Positions 19,153 to 30,091 of a DNA stretch of 64,000 nt are shown here, piece after piece. The position numbers were made by a program, and so were the translations under genes. Under the pieces are notes generated by a model. It searched no databases. It saw only the letters and a program-made list of their open reading frames with translations, and was not told the origin of the DNA. Source of the stretch: Trypanosoma brucei (taxonomy: Eukaryota); NCBI GenBank assembly GCA_000002445.1, contig CH464491.1, positions 4,256,001 through 4,320,000 of the forward strand, in the 5' to 3' direction. The number at the start of each line of letters is the position of its first letter. Positions within the stretch are counted from its first letter, which is position 1.

Positions 19153-22100
19153 TTAGCAGCAACCGTATCGTTCAAGGGAAGAGAGCAACTCCGCTGACAA
19201 AAACTGCGGACACGTCTCCCTCCACTTCTGACCGTGGCTTTGCAACATTTTTTTTATGCCTTCGTTAACTAACAGATGCTTCTGCTTCTCCTCAACGGTA
19301 GGAGAGGCCAGCACCTTAGCGATGCACTGTGCCATCTCTACCCAGCACTGAGTCACTACAAATTCCCTCTGCTCGTCTAAAATGTGAACCAGCGTGCGGA
19401 TGGCATTGGCATTCTCTGAACGGTCCACACGCATTGGCAATCCTCCAAGAATGGATGGCACAACAGTCGCGAGAGGCACAACTCCCGGTGAAAGGCATCG
19501 CACCATCGAACAAATCGCTGAGATGGCATTGTCAACAGCGGCAGGTATCTCCTCACATCCGCCAACGACAAGCCAAAGCGCTTGCAGAAGCGGCGTCGCT
19601 GCAGCTTCAGTGTTGAAGCGCCCGGAACAGCTCTCCACCAACACACGAATCATGTATGCACAGTTGGCGCGTGCAGTCGACTCGTCTGTAGAAGATATTA
19701 ACTCCAGTGCGAGGGTAACGGCATGGTCCACAAATGGAGCCGCCTCCGGACCGAGGGACTCAAGAATTGATGCAATGGAACCCGTTGCCATCACAACGTC
19801 CTCCGACGGGCGATCCAAGGAAGCGTAGGGAAGTAGTAGCGGCAAAATCACCTCGGCTAACATTCTAAACCCTGGACCATACGCCTTCGCAAACGCCTCA
19901 ACCATTTCGCATACGGCATCCATCAGCACTCCATCATGGTCCTCTCCCAAAAGCAACTGGTCTCCATCAGAGCCGGCAGCCCCGGTGGCTTCTCCATCAG
20001 AGCTATCGGAAGCATCATCATCTTCATCTTCCCGCTGGTACGGCATCCGCTGTTGCAGGAGGCGTGTTACAATTTGGAGGAACTCGCTAGTGTCTGCGAG
20101 GAACAACTGTGGCCCAAAGAACTTAAACAGTAACTCAAAGGCGTCGCATGCTGCTGCTACAACCTCCTTGTCCTCTTCCCCTTCCCCCCGAATACAGGGG
20201 AGAAGGGTTTCGTTAACGAGTGTGTTAAGTCGCTCACGCGCGGCCGGGGCCAACGTGTCTAGTGCGGTGTCCTTTATGACGCACTCAGATCCATGAACAG
20301 CCTGAGTCAACTTCGCTAATGCAAGAAGGGTGCTGCAGCGGATGTTGCTGTGGAAATGCACATCAAGATCTGCAAGTGCGGCCCAGCAGGCGTCTATACG
20401 CTGGGTGCCTAGACTCGACATCAACACCTCCGCACAGACTCCAACAAAGTAAACGGCGCTGCTCTTCTCTTCCAGGTCAGCTGTACGAACACGCCCGTGG
20501 ATCTCTTCCGCGTCACTTCCATCGCTGCCGCAGCACTTGTCATCATCATTATCATCGTCACCAACCTCATCTCCCCCAATCACGGCTTTCATGGTGTTGC
20601 ACTCATCGTCCATCTTAAAATGGGGCATGGCACCACCTGCGAGGAGATGTTTGTTTTCGTAGTGCGCTCGATCCTCTGCTATCGTCTGCAACGCACAGTT
20701 AATGGTGTCATCGAGGTATGGGATAAAATCTCCCCGCAACAATTCACAGATGTTGGAAAGAAAACCAAAACTTTCCTCGCGTAATTGAGGCTGCCGGGTA
20801 CGCAAATTTTCCGCTACCTGCTCCATGAAAAATGAAAGGTGTGGCATGAACGTCTCTCTTCCCATCGCTGCTGCCACGACACCAGCCGTTTCCGTCGCTC
20901 TCGCACGCAACAGGATCGTCTCCGGTGAGGTCATGGTTAGCGGTGGCTTCAGCAACTCGAGACAGTGTCCCGCATGTTGTTTAAATGAAGCGCACTGGGT
21001 TGTCGCTAACGACGCGATGACACCGCACAGCTCGCTTTGCGTCTGTAGCGAACTGCACCCGATTGCCTCCAACACCGCGGGGAGTAAAACTGAAACGTGT
21101 GGCTCTACATCTCCTGCCAGGTTTTCGCACAACGTGTCAAGCGCACAGGCAGCTCGGCGCCGGACCGCATCCACCTCATCCCTTAATAACGGCACGAGCA
21201 TGGGGAACAGTTGCTCATGGTGAGTTAAAATCTCCGGTTGTAAATGTAGGCAAAAGTAGATGAGAGCAAAGGCAGCAGCTTCACGCGGCACAGGCTCGCT
21301 ATCGCTGAGAAGTTGCTGCGTAAACTCCAAAACGTACCGTACACGGCGCCTCAAATACCCTGGATTACCCTCTGCCAAACAAGCAAGAGCGAGGATCGAA
21401 GCTTTTCGCTCCTTGGGACCCACCGCCTGTGGGCTCTGTGCAACCGGTGAAATCAACGGTAAAAGCGCTCCTGTGAAAGACTTCGCGGCAACTTTTGTTG
21501 CTATCGTACTAAGCAGGCGACCAGCAAACAAACAAGGTGGATCCACGTGCAGCATATCCGCAGCATCATTCTCATCGCTTTGAGAGTCATCACAGTTTTC
21601 CATGCCCTCCGTATGCGCAACCTCTGGCAGGGAAATTGCGTTGTCCTCACTCATTACTTGCACACAGGCGGAAACAAGGGGCTCCAGCACGGTGGTGGAG
21701 ACGAATTTTGGCTTCTGATTAACCAAACTTGCAAGCACCTCAGCACAGCTCTGCCGCACACGAGGTTGAATTGCTCCATTGGTCATAACAGAAAGCACCT
21801 CCAAAGCCACACTGCGGAGGAGAGCCCCGTGTTTCTTCACACTGAGGTCCTCCACCAGCTGCTCAAGAAGGTCCAACACATCCACGCAAAGATTAGTTTT
21901 GGTTTCTTCGGTCCCGCACTTAGTCAACAGCGCCAAGCACTGAGGCACAAGCTGCTGCAGCAACTGTTCCCACACTTTTGTCTGCCCCCGGATAAAGACA
22001 AAGAGCGTACCGACAGCCTTCACCGCCGATCGCTGAACAGCATCTTCCGAATCCAACATGCCTTGAAGCACCGCCTCCACGACGGGCAAGCAATGGGTAT

Positions 22101-22602
22101 CAGCTTCACTCATCACTTCAGCCACACTATAAGCAAGAACCATCGCCAACTCACGCATCTCCGCACGCGGATCGATTACTGCGGCACGAATGGCGTAGTT
22201 AAGCTCCGGCCAGCCACCGTCCTCGTCCATTGCATCTGCTTTTGCCACCCGCGTGACAAGATGCGCAAGAGCCAGGCGAACAGCCTTCACCGGCTCACAG
22301 CCGAGCTGCTCGAGAAGCGCCCCCTTAAAATCCCCACGTGACTCGGAAGGAATGGTACGCCACAATGACAAAACTTTCTTTCGAAGCAGCACTGCTGCCA
22401 GTTGCCGAACTCCCGGTGAAGATCCCTGCACATCTCGAAGCATCACCATCAGTAATGTCAGAGTCGACGGGGTGGTGAGCAACTGCACAACAGACTTTTC
22501 CACATTGCGGCGCTCATTGTTGTCAGTTGAGTGTAGGATAACGTGAAGCATCATCTGCAGCTGCTCCCTGCTCACAATACCTTCGGAAGCTGCGGTGGTC
22601 AT
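19153..22602 (-). CDS. importin-beta family karyopherin, importin-beta-3/IPO5/Kap121-like (HEAT repeats)
   Basis: Importin N-terminal signature NNERRNVEKSVVQLL...PGVRQLAAVLLRKKVLSLW, about 1150 aa of helical repeats, and an internal acidic insert DDECNTMKAVIGGDEVGDDDNDDDKCCGSDGSDAEE typical of the IPO5/Kap121 group. ATG start at 22600-22602. Confidence 0.65.
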   Translation of the reverse strand: MTTAASEGIVSREQLQMMLHVILHSTDNNERRNVEKSVVQLLTTPSTLTLLMVMLRDVQGSSPGVRQLAAVLLRKKVLSLWRTIPSESRGDFKGALLEQLGCEPVKAVRLALAHLVTRVAKADAMDEDGGWPELNYAIRAAVIDPRAEMRELAMVLAYSVAEVMSEADTHCLPVVEAVLQGMLDSEDAVQRSAVKAVGTLFVFIRGQTKVWEQLLQQLVPQCLALLTKCGTEETKTNLCVDVLDLLEQLVEDLSVKKHGALLRSVALEVLSVMTNGAIQPRVRQSCAEVLASLVNQKPKFVSTTVLEPLVSACVQVMSEDNAISLPEVAHTEGMENCDDSQSDENDAADMLHVDPPCLFAGRLLSTIATKVAAKSFTGALLPLISPVAQSPQAVGPKERKASILALACLAEGNPGYLRRRVRYVLEFTQQLLSDSEPVPREAAAFALIYFCLHLQPEILTHHEQLFPMLVPLLRDEVDAVRRRAACALDTLCENLAGDVEPHVSVLLPAVLEAIGCSSLQTQSELCGVIASLATTQCASFKQHAGHCLELLKPPLTMTSPETILLRARATETAGVVAAAMGRETFMPHLSFFMEQVAENLRTRQPQLREESFGFLSNICELLRGDFIPYLDDTINCALQTIAEDRAHYENKHLLAGGAMPHFKMDDECNTMKAVIGGDEVGDDDNDDDKCCGSDGSDAEEIHGRVRTADLEEKSSAVYFVGVCAEVLMSSLGTQRIDACWAALADLDVHFHSNIRCSTLLALAKLTQAVHGSECVIKDTALDTLAPAARERLNTLVNETLLPCIRGEGEEDKEVVAAACDAFELLFKFFGPQLFLADTSEFLQIVTRLLQQRMPYQREDEDDDASDSSDGEATGAAGSDGDQLLLGEDHDGVLMDAVCEMVEAFAKAYGPGFRMLAEVILPLLLPYASLDRPSEDVVMATGSIASILESLGPEAAPFVDHAVTLALELISSTDESTARANCAYMIRVLVESCSGRFNTEAAATPLLQALWLVVGGCEEIPAAVDNAISAICSMVRCLSPGVVPLATVVPSILGGLPMRVDRSENANAIRTLVHILDEQREFVVTQCWVEMAQCIAKVLASPTVEEKQKHLLVNEGIKKMLQSHGQKWRETCPQFLSAELLSSLERYGCC

Positions 22603-24053
22603 ATCTTTAAATACACTAACGCGCTCCTGCTTTCTCCTTTATGTTTGTCCTACCCGCCGCGTGCACCTCTACTCGGGACGTTGTGACTACTATGATCGTG
22701 AATAATAAAAGAGGGAATATAAAGAATCTGATGTAAACGAAGGGACTCCTCGAGGAATATCTCTTCAGACGCTAATAGATGGGGAGGAGCACATGTAGAG
22801 CGGTATGGTAAACAGAACTCACCGGAGCGGATTAATAACAACGTTAAGTCGACAAAATAATTATATATATATATATCCTTCAACTTTGTTTTTAACCGAG
22901 CATATTTCAGTCCGTTTGTTTCTTGGTTTAACAGCAGTTAGTTACCGATTTTTCTTTTTAATTTTGCTTTGTTTCTGTCTCTCGCTAGAGTCCGTGCCCG
23001 TTTCAGGCAGAACAATCGATGACAAATAAAAGGGAGCTAAGCACACGCACACGCACACGCACGCATGCACAAGAAAGAAAAGCTGAACAAGAATTGGCCA
23101 TCAGCCACACTATAAACAAGTAAAACTTGCTTCTAACTACCACAACACCTTTGCATCCCCACAATAACTAAATAACAATGTCATGAGGGAATAAAATGAT
23201 CCTTAACTCCCACACCATCGCCACAAGCGCACGCAGCGCATTAATTCTCTCTTCCTTCATTCCTTTACTGGCCCAACTCCTTCAACTACGGTCCTGCACA
23301 TGTACCTCTTTTCAACACTCCCATTCCCGCGTTGCTACTCTTCCTATTGAATTTTTTTTCTTTCAACCTCCTCTTTTTCATATATATATATATATATATT
23401 CTTTCGGTTTGTTTTTCAAGGCCTCTACTCCACCTCATTTTCCTCTCGGCAGTCTTTTTTTGTTTTCTATCTCTTCAGATTTCGTTGTAATTGTAAATAC
23501 GCTTGGCTGACGTCTACGTACCGACCTTCAGTAGCACATGCTCAAACACAAACACAAACAAAGCAAAAATAGGGTAAGTAAAGAACCACAACCGCCAACA
23601 ACCATCGTCATGAGGGAGCTTCAACGTGGAATCAGAAGTATTAAAAGAATTTAGAAACGAAAAAAAATTAGAAGGGAGTGAGCAACAACAACAAAAAGAT
23701 AGTAACAAACAGTTTAGAGAATACAAAATATCTCTTCTGTCCTTCACTTCAGTTTCCACACGTCACCATAAGCACTCATATCTCTCACCCTTTCTTTCTC
23801 CTTGTGTCTCTTCCCCTCCCTTCTTCCATTCTATCGCTTATTCCACCTCTGATGTTACTGTCACATTCTAGTGTGATCACACTTCTAAATGTTTCTTAAT
23901 ATTTACCCCCTTATATACACCTTTCTCTCCCTAAATCTCTCTCACTCTCTATCACTCACAAACACACACAAGCTTTTATTCATCATCAAGTGTGATCGCT
24001 GGCCTCAAGCACACTGGCGTAATATGTGATGAAAATGCAACCCCTCAATGACA

Positions 24054-24605
24054 TTACGAGTACTTATCCACCATGGCGAAGACAATAGCAATGAGATAAA
24101 TAACAATCAATGCAATTTCAATGCAAATATGAATGTAAGAGTCCCGTTCAAGGCGACCCACCTCTCGCCACAAGCTGGTCGCATCAACAAAATAAGTACC
24201 ACACCACATGCGCCATAATGAGTAAAGTAATGCCACCAAAATGCTAACGCCCATTGGGATATTAGTCAAAAGAAATGTGGCATGTAAAAACTGAATGAAA
24301 CGCAGTCCAATATACACTTCCATAACGGGATTGATCGCTCGCTCACATTCTAATACGTTAAGGCATTTGTCACGGCAGTCAGCAATGTTTAATGCAAATA
24401 GCATCGCAAATATCAACATGATAACCTGCAGAAGTCCACAAGCAATCCAAGCCCCGATAAAATGCATGACACTTGCGAATAAAGCAATTGCAGCCAAGCA
24501 ATAGGCAAAAACAAAAAGATACGCCCGCTTACGCTCTCCCCAGGAATGCTTGGAAGGGTAACGAAGCGCATGCCATACATCCGCCTGGTGCTGAAGTATA
24601 CCCAT
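24054..24605 (-). CDS. small polytopic membrane protein, cornichon-like (possible ER cargo receptor)
   Basis: 183 aa with 3-4 TM helices. The loop NIADCRDKCLNVLECERAINPVMEVY resembles the cornichon FDELKTDYKNPIDQCNTLNPLVLPEY loop, and LYSLWRMW resembles AYHIWRY. By-eye similarity only. ATG start verified. Confidence 0.35.
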   Translation of the reverse strand: MGILQHQADVWHALRYPSKHSWGERKRAYLFVFAYCLAAIALFASVMHFIGAWIACGLLQVIMLIFAMLFALNIADCRDKCLNVLECERAINPVMEVYIGLRFIQFLHATFLLTNIPMGVSILVALLYSLWRMWCGTYFVDATSLWREVGRLERDSYIHICIEIALIVIYLIAIVFAMVDKYS

Positions 24606-24689
24606 CAGACGACTACGCTATGGAAAGGAACAATGGCAAACCGAAGGGAGGGGGGAAACAAAAATAGTTATGGTGAAAAGTGAATTTAA

Positions 24690-24890
24690 CACTGCCAATT
24701 TAAAAAAAAAAAGCCACAACAACAGCAACAACAAAGGAAAGGGGGGAAAATAAAGAAAAGAAAAGGGAGGAGGGAATAAGGAAGAAACCAAATAGGATGA
24801 GAGGGGAGGGGACACACACAAAAAAGAAAAAGCAACAAGAAACAACAGGAAAAAAAAAGGCAAAAAGGGATAAACATTAATGGAAGTTAA
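24690..24890 (-). promoter_or_regulatory. extended polypyrimidine region (coding strand) upstream of the cornichon-like gene
   Basis: About 200 nt of nearly pure purine on the plus strand (aaaggaaaggggggaaaataaagaaaagaaaagggaggagggaataaggaagaaacc...) starting 85 nt upstream of the ATG at 24605. Confidence 0.4.
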
Positions 24891-25038
24891 GCAGTTGAGC
24901 GACAACCAACACCAACACAGTCACTACTTCCTCCCCTGGTCCCACACCTGCCTGAACAAAAGAGAAGTTTAAGACGCAGGAGATGCATATTTGTATTTGT
25001 ATATATGTATGTGTGTTTTATAAAATAATTAGATAAAA

Positions 25039-25066
25039 CACACACACACACATATATATATATATA
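25039..25066. repeat. (CA)7(TA)7 compound microsatellite
   Basis: aaacacacacacacacatatatatatatatac read directly. Confidence 0.9.
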
Positions 25067-26225
25067 CAAATACAAACATAGGACCTATCAGTTAAGGAGT
25101 AGGAACGTTACTTGAACAGGCCCCCCAAAAAAAAGCAGAGAAAAGAAAAAGAACCAGATTAACGCACAAACAGTTTCTTGTTATGATCGCTCTTTCACCT
25201 TCTTCTTTCATTTTTTCTTTTCGCATTGGTTTTAAATGACCTTCGCGCAAGCCTAATGAATCGTAATTACCATAACCACAAGGATACCTCATAATTTTTG
25301 TTTTCCTTCAATATTCAGTTCTTTTTCTATATTTATTATCTTCTTGGCCTTTGTTCTTGTTCTTGTTTTTTTTTTTGCTTTTTCTTTCCGCATTCACATA
25401 TGAGCATCATTTCCCCCCTTTCCTCGTCATTTTTTTTTCCTTTTTACCTTCCCCTCCTTTACATCATGGAAAAACAGCAGCATTAACCTTCAAAGAAGGA
25501 AACACCAAAAACGACAGCAAAGACGAAAAAAAAAAGAAAAAAATGACAAACACAATTGATGACAATAAAAATGAATGATTTTGTGAATTTACGCATCCGC
25601 TTCATCTTCTTGATCTGTTGTTCGTTTCTTTGTTTATTTGCTTCTTTTTTTTTCTTTTCTTTTCGTTCCTTCACGGCTCCTCACCACATTTCTCTCCAAT
25701 ATCAATGATTTCATGGGTTGCGAAGTTGGGCTTTTCCCCCCCTCTTTCTTTCGTTCTTTTGTGAGTGTATGTCCATGTTTTGTGTGTTGCCTTGTATTCG
25801 GTCACAGCAACGATATAGCGGTAATGATCATAACAATAAAAATGAAGAACATGATAATAATAATCATGATAATAATACACGTGTGAGTATATAAAAGTAT
25901 AAATATAAATAAGCATATAAACTTAAATATATTTATATATACATGTACAGTGCAACAATAATAATAATAATAGTATTAATACTGTTTGTGGGAAAATCCA
26001 CCAAGTGATCAATGAGACGATGAAGGGAAGAATTTACAGCAGACAAAGAGGAAGAAGAAGAAAAAAAAAACAAAAGAGAAACCCCCTCCACTTTTGCACG
26101 TATTTTGCATTTGCAGAAAAACGAAGGCCTCTATTTCATCCCTTTCTTTTTTCAATTTCTTTCTTGTTGCTTTTTCTATTTATATCTCTGCATCCTACTC
26201 TGTTTCACGCATTGAAATAAGTTAC

Positions 26226-26295
26226 TATAATAATAATAATAGTAATAGTAATAATAGTAATAATAATAATTGTTGTGATTATTATTATTATTGTT
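26226..26295. repeat. (AAT)n/(AGT)n trinucleotide repeat block
   Basis: ataataataataatagtaatagtaataatagtaataataataattgttgtgattattattattattg read directly. Similar (ATT)n blocks occur at 27238-27265, 27590-27613 and 47824-47846. Confidence 0.85.
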
Positions 26296-28548
26296 TCTGG
26301 TGACGCTAATTCATATCCACTTTAATTTGCTAATATTTCCCTCCTCTCCCCACTCACTTCTCTTCCTTCTCTATATTCCCTGTTCCTTTTTATTACGTTT
26401 CATTTCACTTCCTTATCTTCATTTTTGTCAGACCCTATTCCGCTATGTTTATTCACCTATTTAATTCAATTCAGTTTCCCTCTATTGAGGAGGGGTTTAA
26501 TACTCGCCTTACTGTTGTTGTTTTCTTGGCCTCTTTTTTTTTTTCAAATCTCTTTTTCCATTTCATTTTTTCATTAATTTAAATGAATTTTTTTGCTTTC
26601 TTTCTTTCATTTTTCAAAGAAAAAAGGGCTATTCTTTAAATTGAGGTTTGTTTGTTTGTTTGATGTTGTTGTTGTTGTTTTTTCCACTCCCCTTCAAATC
26701 CCTCTTCTTTTCCTTCTTTCTTATCCCACCCTACATTTTCTTTTGATATTCATGAATATTTAACACCCAACCTCAATTATATTCCTTCCCATTTTTCATG
26801 CATCGGAGGGTATTTGATTCACACAACGAAAAAAGAAAAAAAACAAAAAAATTAATTTGGTAGAAAAATAAACAAATAAACAAATAACGTGAAGAGAAGA
26901 AAAGAAAGGAAAGGAAGGAAAGAGAACGGAAATAACTGAAATACAGACAAAATTAATGCACAAATACTTTAAAATATATCAATAAAATTAAAAACACGAA
27001 AAACAAAAAAAACAAACGAAAAAATTACAAAAAAACTTAATAGGTAACAAGGTGAAGGATTAAAAACACACACACACACACACAAATTTAAACAACAGTC
27101 CGCCTGGCCACATTCTCCAGAAAATTATACACTTACGCATATGAAGAGATGAAATGAAATTTAATGAATGAATGAGTGAATGAACAAAAGAAGAAAAAAA
27201 ATTAAATCAAATTTAAAAGGCAGCAAAAATATCGGGATTATTATTATTGTTATTATTATTATTTCCTTGTGTCCTGTGAGCTAGCAGAAGCCGACAAGCG
27301 TGTGTTAGTGAAGGCAGTTGTCACGCACCAAAAACACGTGCACACGTGAAAACAAAGCGAAAAGAAAAAAAAACAAAAAAACCGAAATGGAGAGGTGTGA
27401 AGAGAAAAGGGAAATACATTTTTCTACAGAAGCCATCAAATATATAAATGTACGAAAAGGAGGAACAACAGAAGAGAAAGAGTAGAATAGAAAGAGTAGG
27501 AAAGGGGGAAAAAAGAAGACTTTGTTATTTCGGAGTTTGTTTGAGTTCCGTTTGTTGTTGTAACCCTAAAGATGGTGTTGGAGGGAATATCATAATAATA
27601 ATAATAATAACAACAATAAGGATAAGAAACGCGAGAGAGACGAAAAGCGTGAAAAACGAACAAAAAAGTGAGGCGCTTTTCAGTGATATAAATTTAATAT
27701 GCCAAAAGGCGGTAGCATGGCTTTAATTACAAACAAACATGAACAAAGGAACAAAAATAAAGCAAACGTTAAGGAAAACATTGACGGTAGAACAAAACAA
27801 AACAAAACATTCACTGCTACCAATGGGCATGCACATTTCCAAACACAAACGCATACATACACAAGTGAAATCAAATACAAATATATTTCATCACACAAAT
27901 AAATTAAGAAATATACACGTATATGCTTGGAAGCGCGCATGCCCACTTATTGTTCTGAATGTTTTTATACGTTCTCTTCTGCATGTAGATTTTTTTTGTA
28001 AAAAACTTTAATTTTTTTTTCTTATCGTACGTGTGAAAAGGGAAGGCATCTGCATTTGGGCGTTCTGTTTTGATTTTTGTTGTATACCGAAAGGAAAGAA
28101 AGAAAAAAACCATGGATGTGCCAACGCGTGGCCCAACGAATATGAGGAAGATAGAAAAGTTATGATTAATAAATGTAGTTCAGTTTCTTTTTAAAAAAAA
28201 AAAGCACAAAGAAAGAAGAAATGAAGTAACTTCCTTACACTTTTTGTTCATCTCATTTTCCCTCGCATTTTTCCTTTTTCACCCATCCTACTGACACATT
28301 TGTTTCTCCGCAAATTCCCTAAAAGTAAACAAAAACCCCTCCGAAATAAAAAAACCTTCACCGCTTGCCAAACGTTGAGAAGTACTCATTTTGTTTTTTT
28401 TTCGTTTAAAAGAAAACAACAACACATACACATACACACACACTAGCACATGGGAAAAAGAAAAAGAAAAAATCCATCCTCCCCCTTTTTTTTTCCATTC
28501 TTCTTCATGGTTTCAAAAACAAAACAAAGCAGAAAACCAAACAGCGAT

Positions 28549-29604
28549 TTACCGTGGAGGAAAAGACCACCACGTAACTCCTCCTGCTGCCGTTGCCACC
28601 ATCGAATATTGAGGATTGACACTCATGGCAATGGGATCCCCATCAGCTACGCATAGAATTTCATAACGTAATGACCCCCATCGCGATTTTGCCCGAGAAC
28701 CATGATATACGAGTAACCTTGTATCTTTCCCTGATGTGGAATCCAACTGAACCACGGGCGAGTGGCCTAAATATGGGTGAACATATCTCGCACCAACGGA
28801 ACAACTTGAATTGATCCCGTCAATGGTTCCCTTAATACCAAAATTTGCACCTCGTACGGCATTTTGCCTCAGGTCATACAAGAGAACTCCACCACACTCG
28901 TAAGTTAGGAGCAATTCTTCGCCCCCGCTCCCAATATCCATCCCGATACAACGACGTTCCCCGCAGGAGTCGCAGTGGGGTAACATTTTGTTGTGCTGCA
29001 ATGTAAGCAGCGGCCCAGAGAAGAGTTTACGATAGTCGTACACGCGAACACATGAATCATCGCTCACTAACAACTGCGTTCCTTCAGGACTAAAAGAAAT
29101 AGCGCCACCACCACCAATGAATGTGTTTTCTGCTGAAGCCGCTACCGCTCCCGAAATGAGGGGATGGAAAAGAAGCAGTCGACCCTGAGCGGAAAACACG
29201 GCGGCGATCGTATCGTTGCATGGAGACTGCGCTATAGCGGTGTATGCCGGACGATTGGGGATTGCAGGCACAACTGGCACAGTATCACTTACAAATGACA
29301 TGGAAGCAAAAAGCTGCGCAGTGTTGAGATTGAGAAGATATAAATGGCCATCACATGGGCGATGTGAAGCTAAGCACACAACGCCACTCGACTGCGTGAA
29401 ACGGGCGCGCCACAAACCCACAGTGTTGAGGGCGATCGTCTCCTTGTGTTTAATTTCGGTAACGTCTACAAGCCTCATCGCATCATCCGTATGGGTAGAC
29501 AGAAAATACTTTCCGTCAAGGGAGAAGTCTATTGAGGTGGATCGTGGGTCACCATAGGCCGAAAAGAAACTCGCTGCGATTTCTACCGGTGTATAATTTT
29601 TCAT
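28549..29604 (-). CDS. WD40-repeat protein, WDR82/Swd2-like
   Basis: N-terminal MKNYTPVEIAASFFSAYGDPRSTSIDFSLDGKYFLSTHTDDAMRLVD parallels the WDR82 N-terminal [49 protein letters not shown]. C-terminal SMVATAAGGVTWWSFP parallels the WDR82 end FASACSNMAFWLP. 351 aa, ATG start. Confidence 0.5.
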   Translation of the reverse strand: MKNYTPVEIAASFFSAYGDPRSTSIDFSLDGKYFLSTHTDDAMRLVDVTEIKHKETIALNTVGLWRARFTQSSGVVCLASHRPCDGHLYLLNLNTAQLFASMSFVSDTVPVVPAIPNRPAYTAIAQSPCNDTIAAVFSAQGRLLLFHPLISGAVAASAENTFIGGGGAISFSPEGTQLLVSDDSCVRVYDYRKLFSGPLLTLQHNKMLPHCDSCGERRCIGMDIGSGGEELLLTYECGGVLLYDLRQNAVRGANFGIKGTIDGINSSCSVGARYVHPYLGHSPVVQLDSTSGKDTRLLVYHGSRAKSRWGSLRYEILCVADGDPIAMSVNPQYSMVATAAGGVTWWSFPPR

Positions 29605-30091
29605 GCTTTCCTTCCGTTAGACACTCACCGGTGTGCGGCAGTTGCCACCACCACACCCAATCGCGGGAGACGCCAACTCTTTTCGCCTTTTCAGTCGGTT
29701 ATTGAAGGAAGAGAAAGACAAAAGGTAATGCGCATGAACTAGGCGTGACATCCAAGCAGACACAAAGGAGAAGCTGCCCACAGCGCGCGAAATAAAATTA
29801 ATACGCAACACCACAAGTACAAAGAGAAGGAAGATTTACACGTTCAGTTGGTCGGATAAAACGACAAAAAAGGGGAATGTGAAGTGATGTACACAGAAGG
29901 AAACGGCAGATCAACAACAACAACAACAACAAGCTCTGCTTCTCTCTTCCGCCCGCTACATATACACACAAGCAGAAACAGGTGCCATACCCCGTAAGGA
30001 GTTATCCAAAGTTTTCAACATCGGCTTCGCTTCACCTTTATCCTCACGGTTTGTGTGCAAAACGGTTAAAAAGTACTGAAACCTCCATGCA

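Larger units (their letters stand above)
24606..28548. other. 3.9-kb ORF-free low-complexity spacer inside the gene array (alternating purine-rich and pyrimidine-rich blocks, (AAT)n, (GTTT)n, (TGAA)n, (CA)n(TA)n)
   Basis: Every six-frame ORF in this interval is a translation of simple sequence. Plus-strand pyrimidine-rich blocks at about 25290-25480, 25610-25800 and 26100-26800 alternate with purine/A-rich blocks at about 24690-24890, 26820-27250 and 27700-27960. Confidence 0.7.

Noticed and set aside
24606-28548. Possibility that the long AT-rich spacers are centromeric or strand-switch regions, or decayed retrotransposons (ingi/RIME/SLACS-like)
   Set aside because: Flanking genes are co-directional. 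There is no long tandem repeat unit, only mono- to hexanucleotide microsatellites. No reading frame with reverse-transcriptase (YxDD), endonuclease or transposase motifs is present on either strand.
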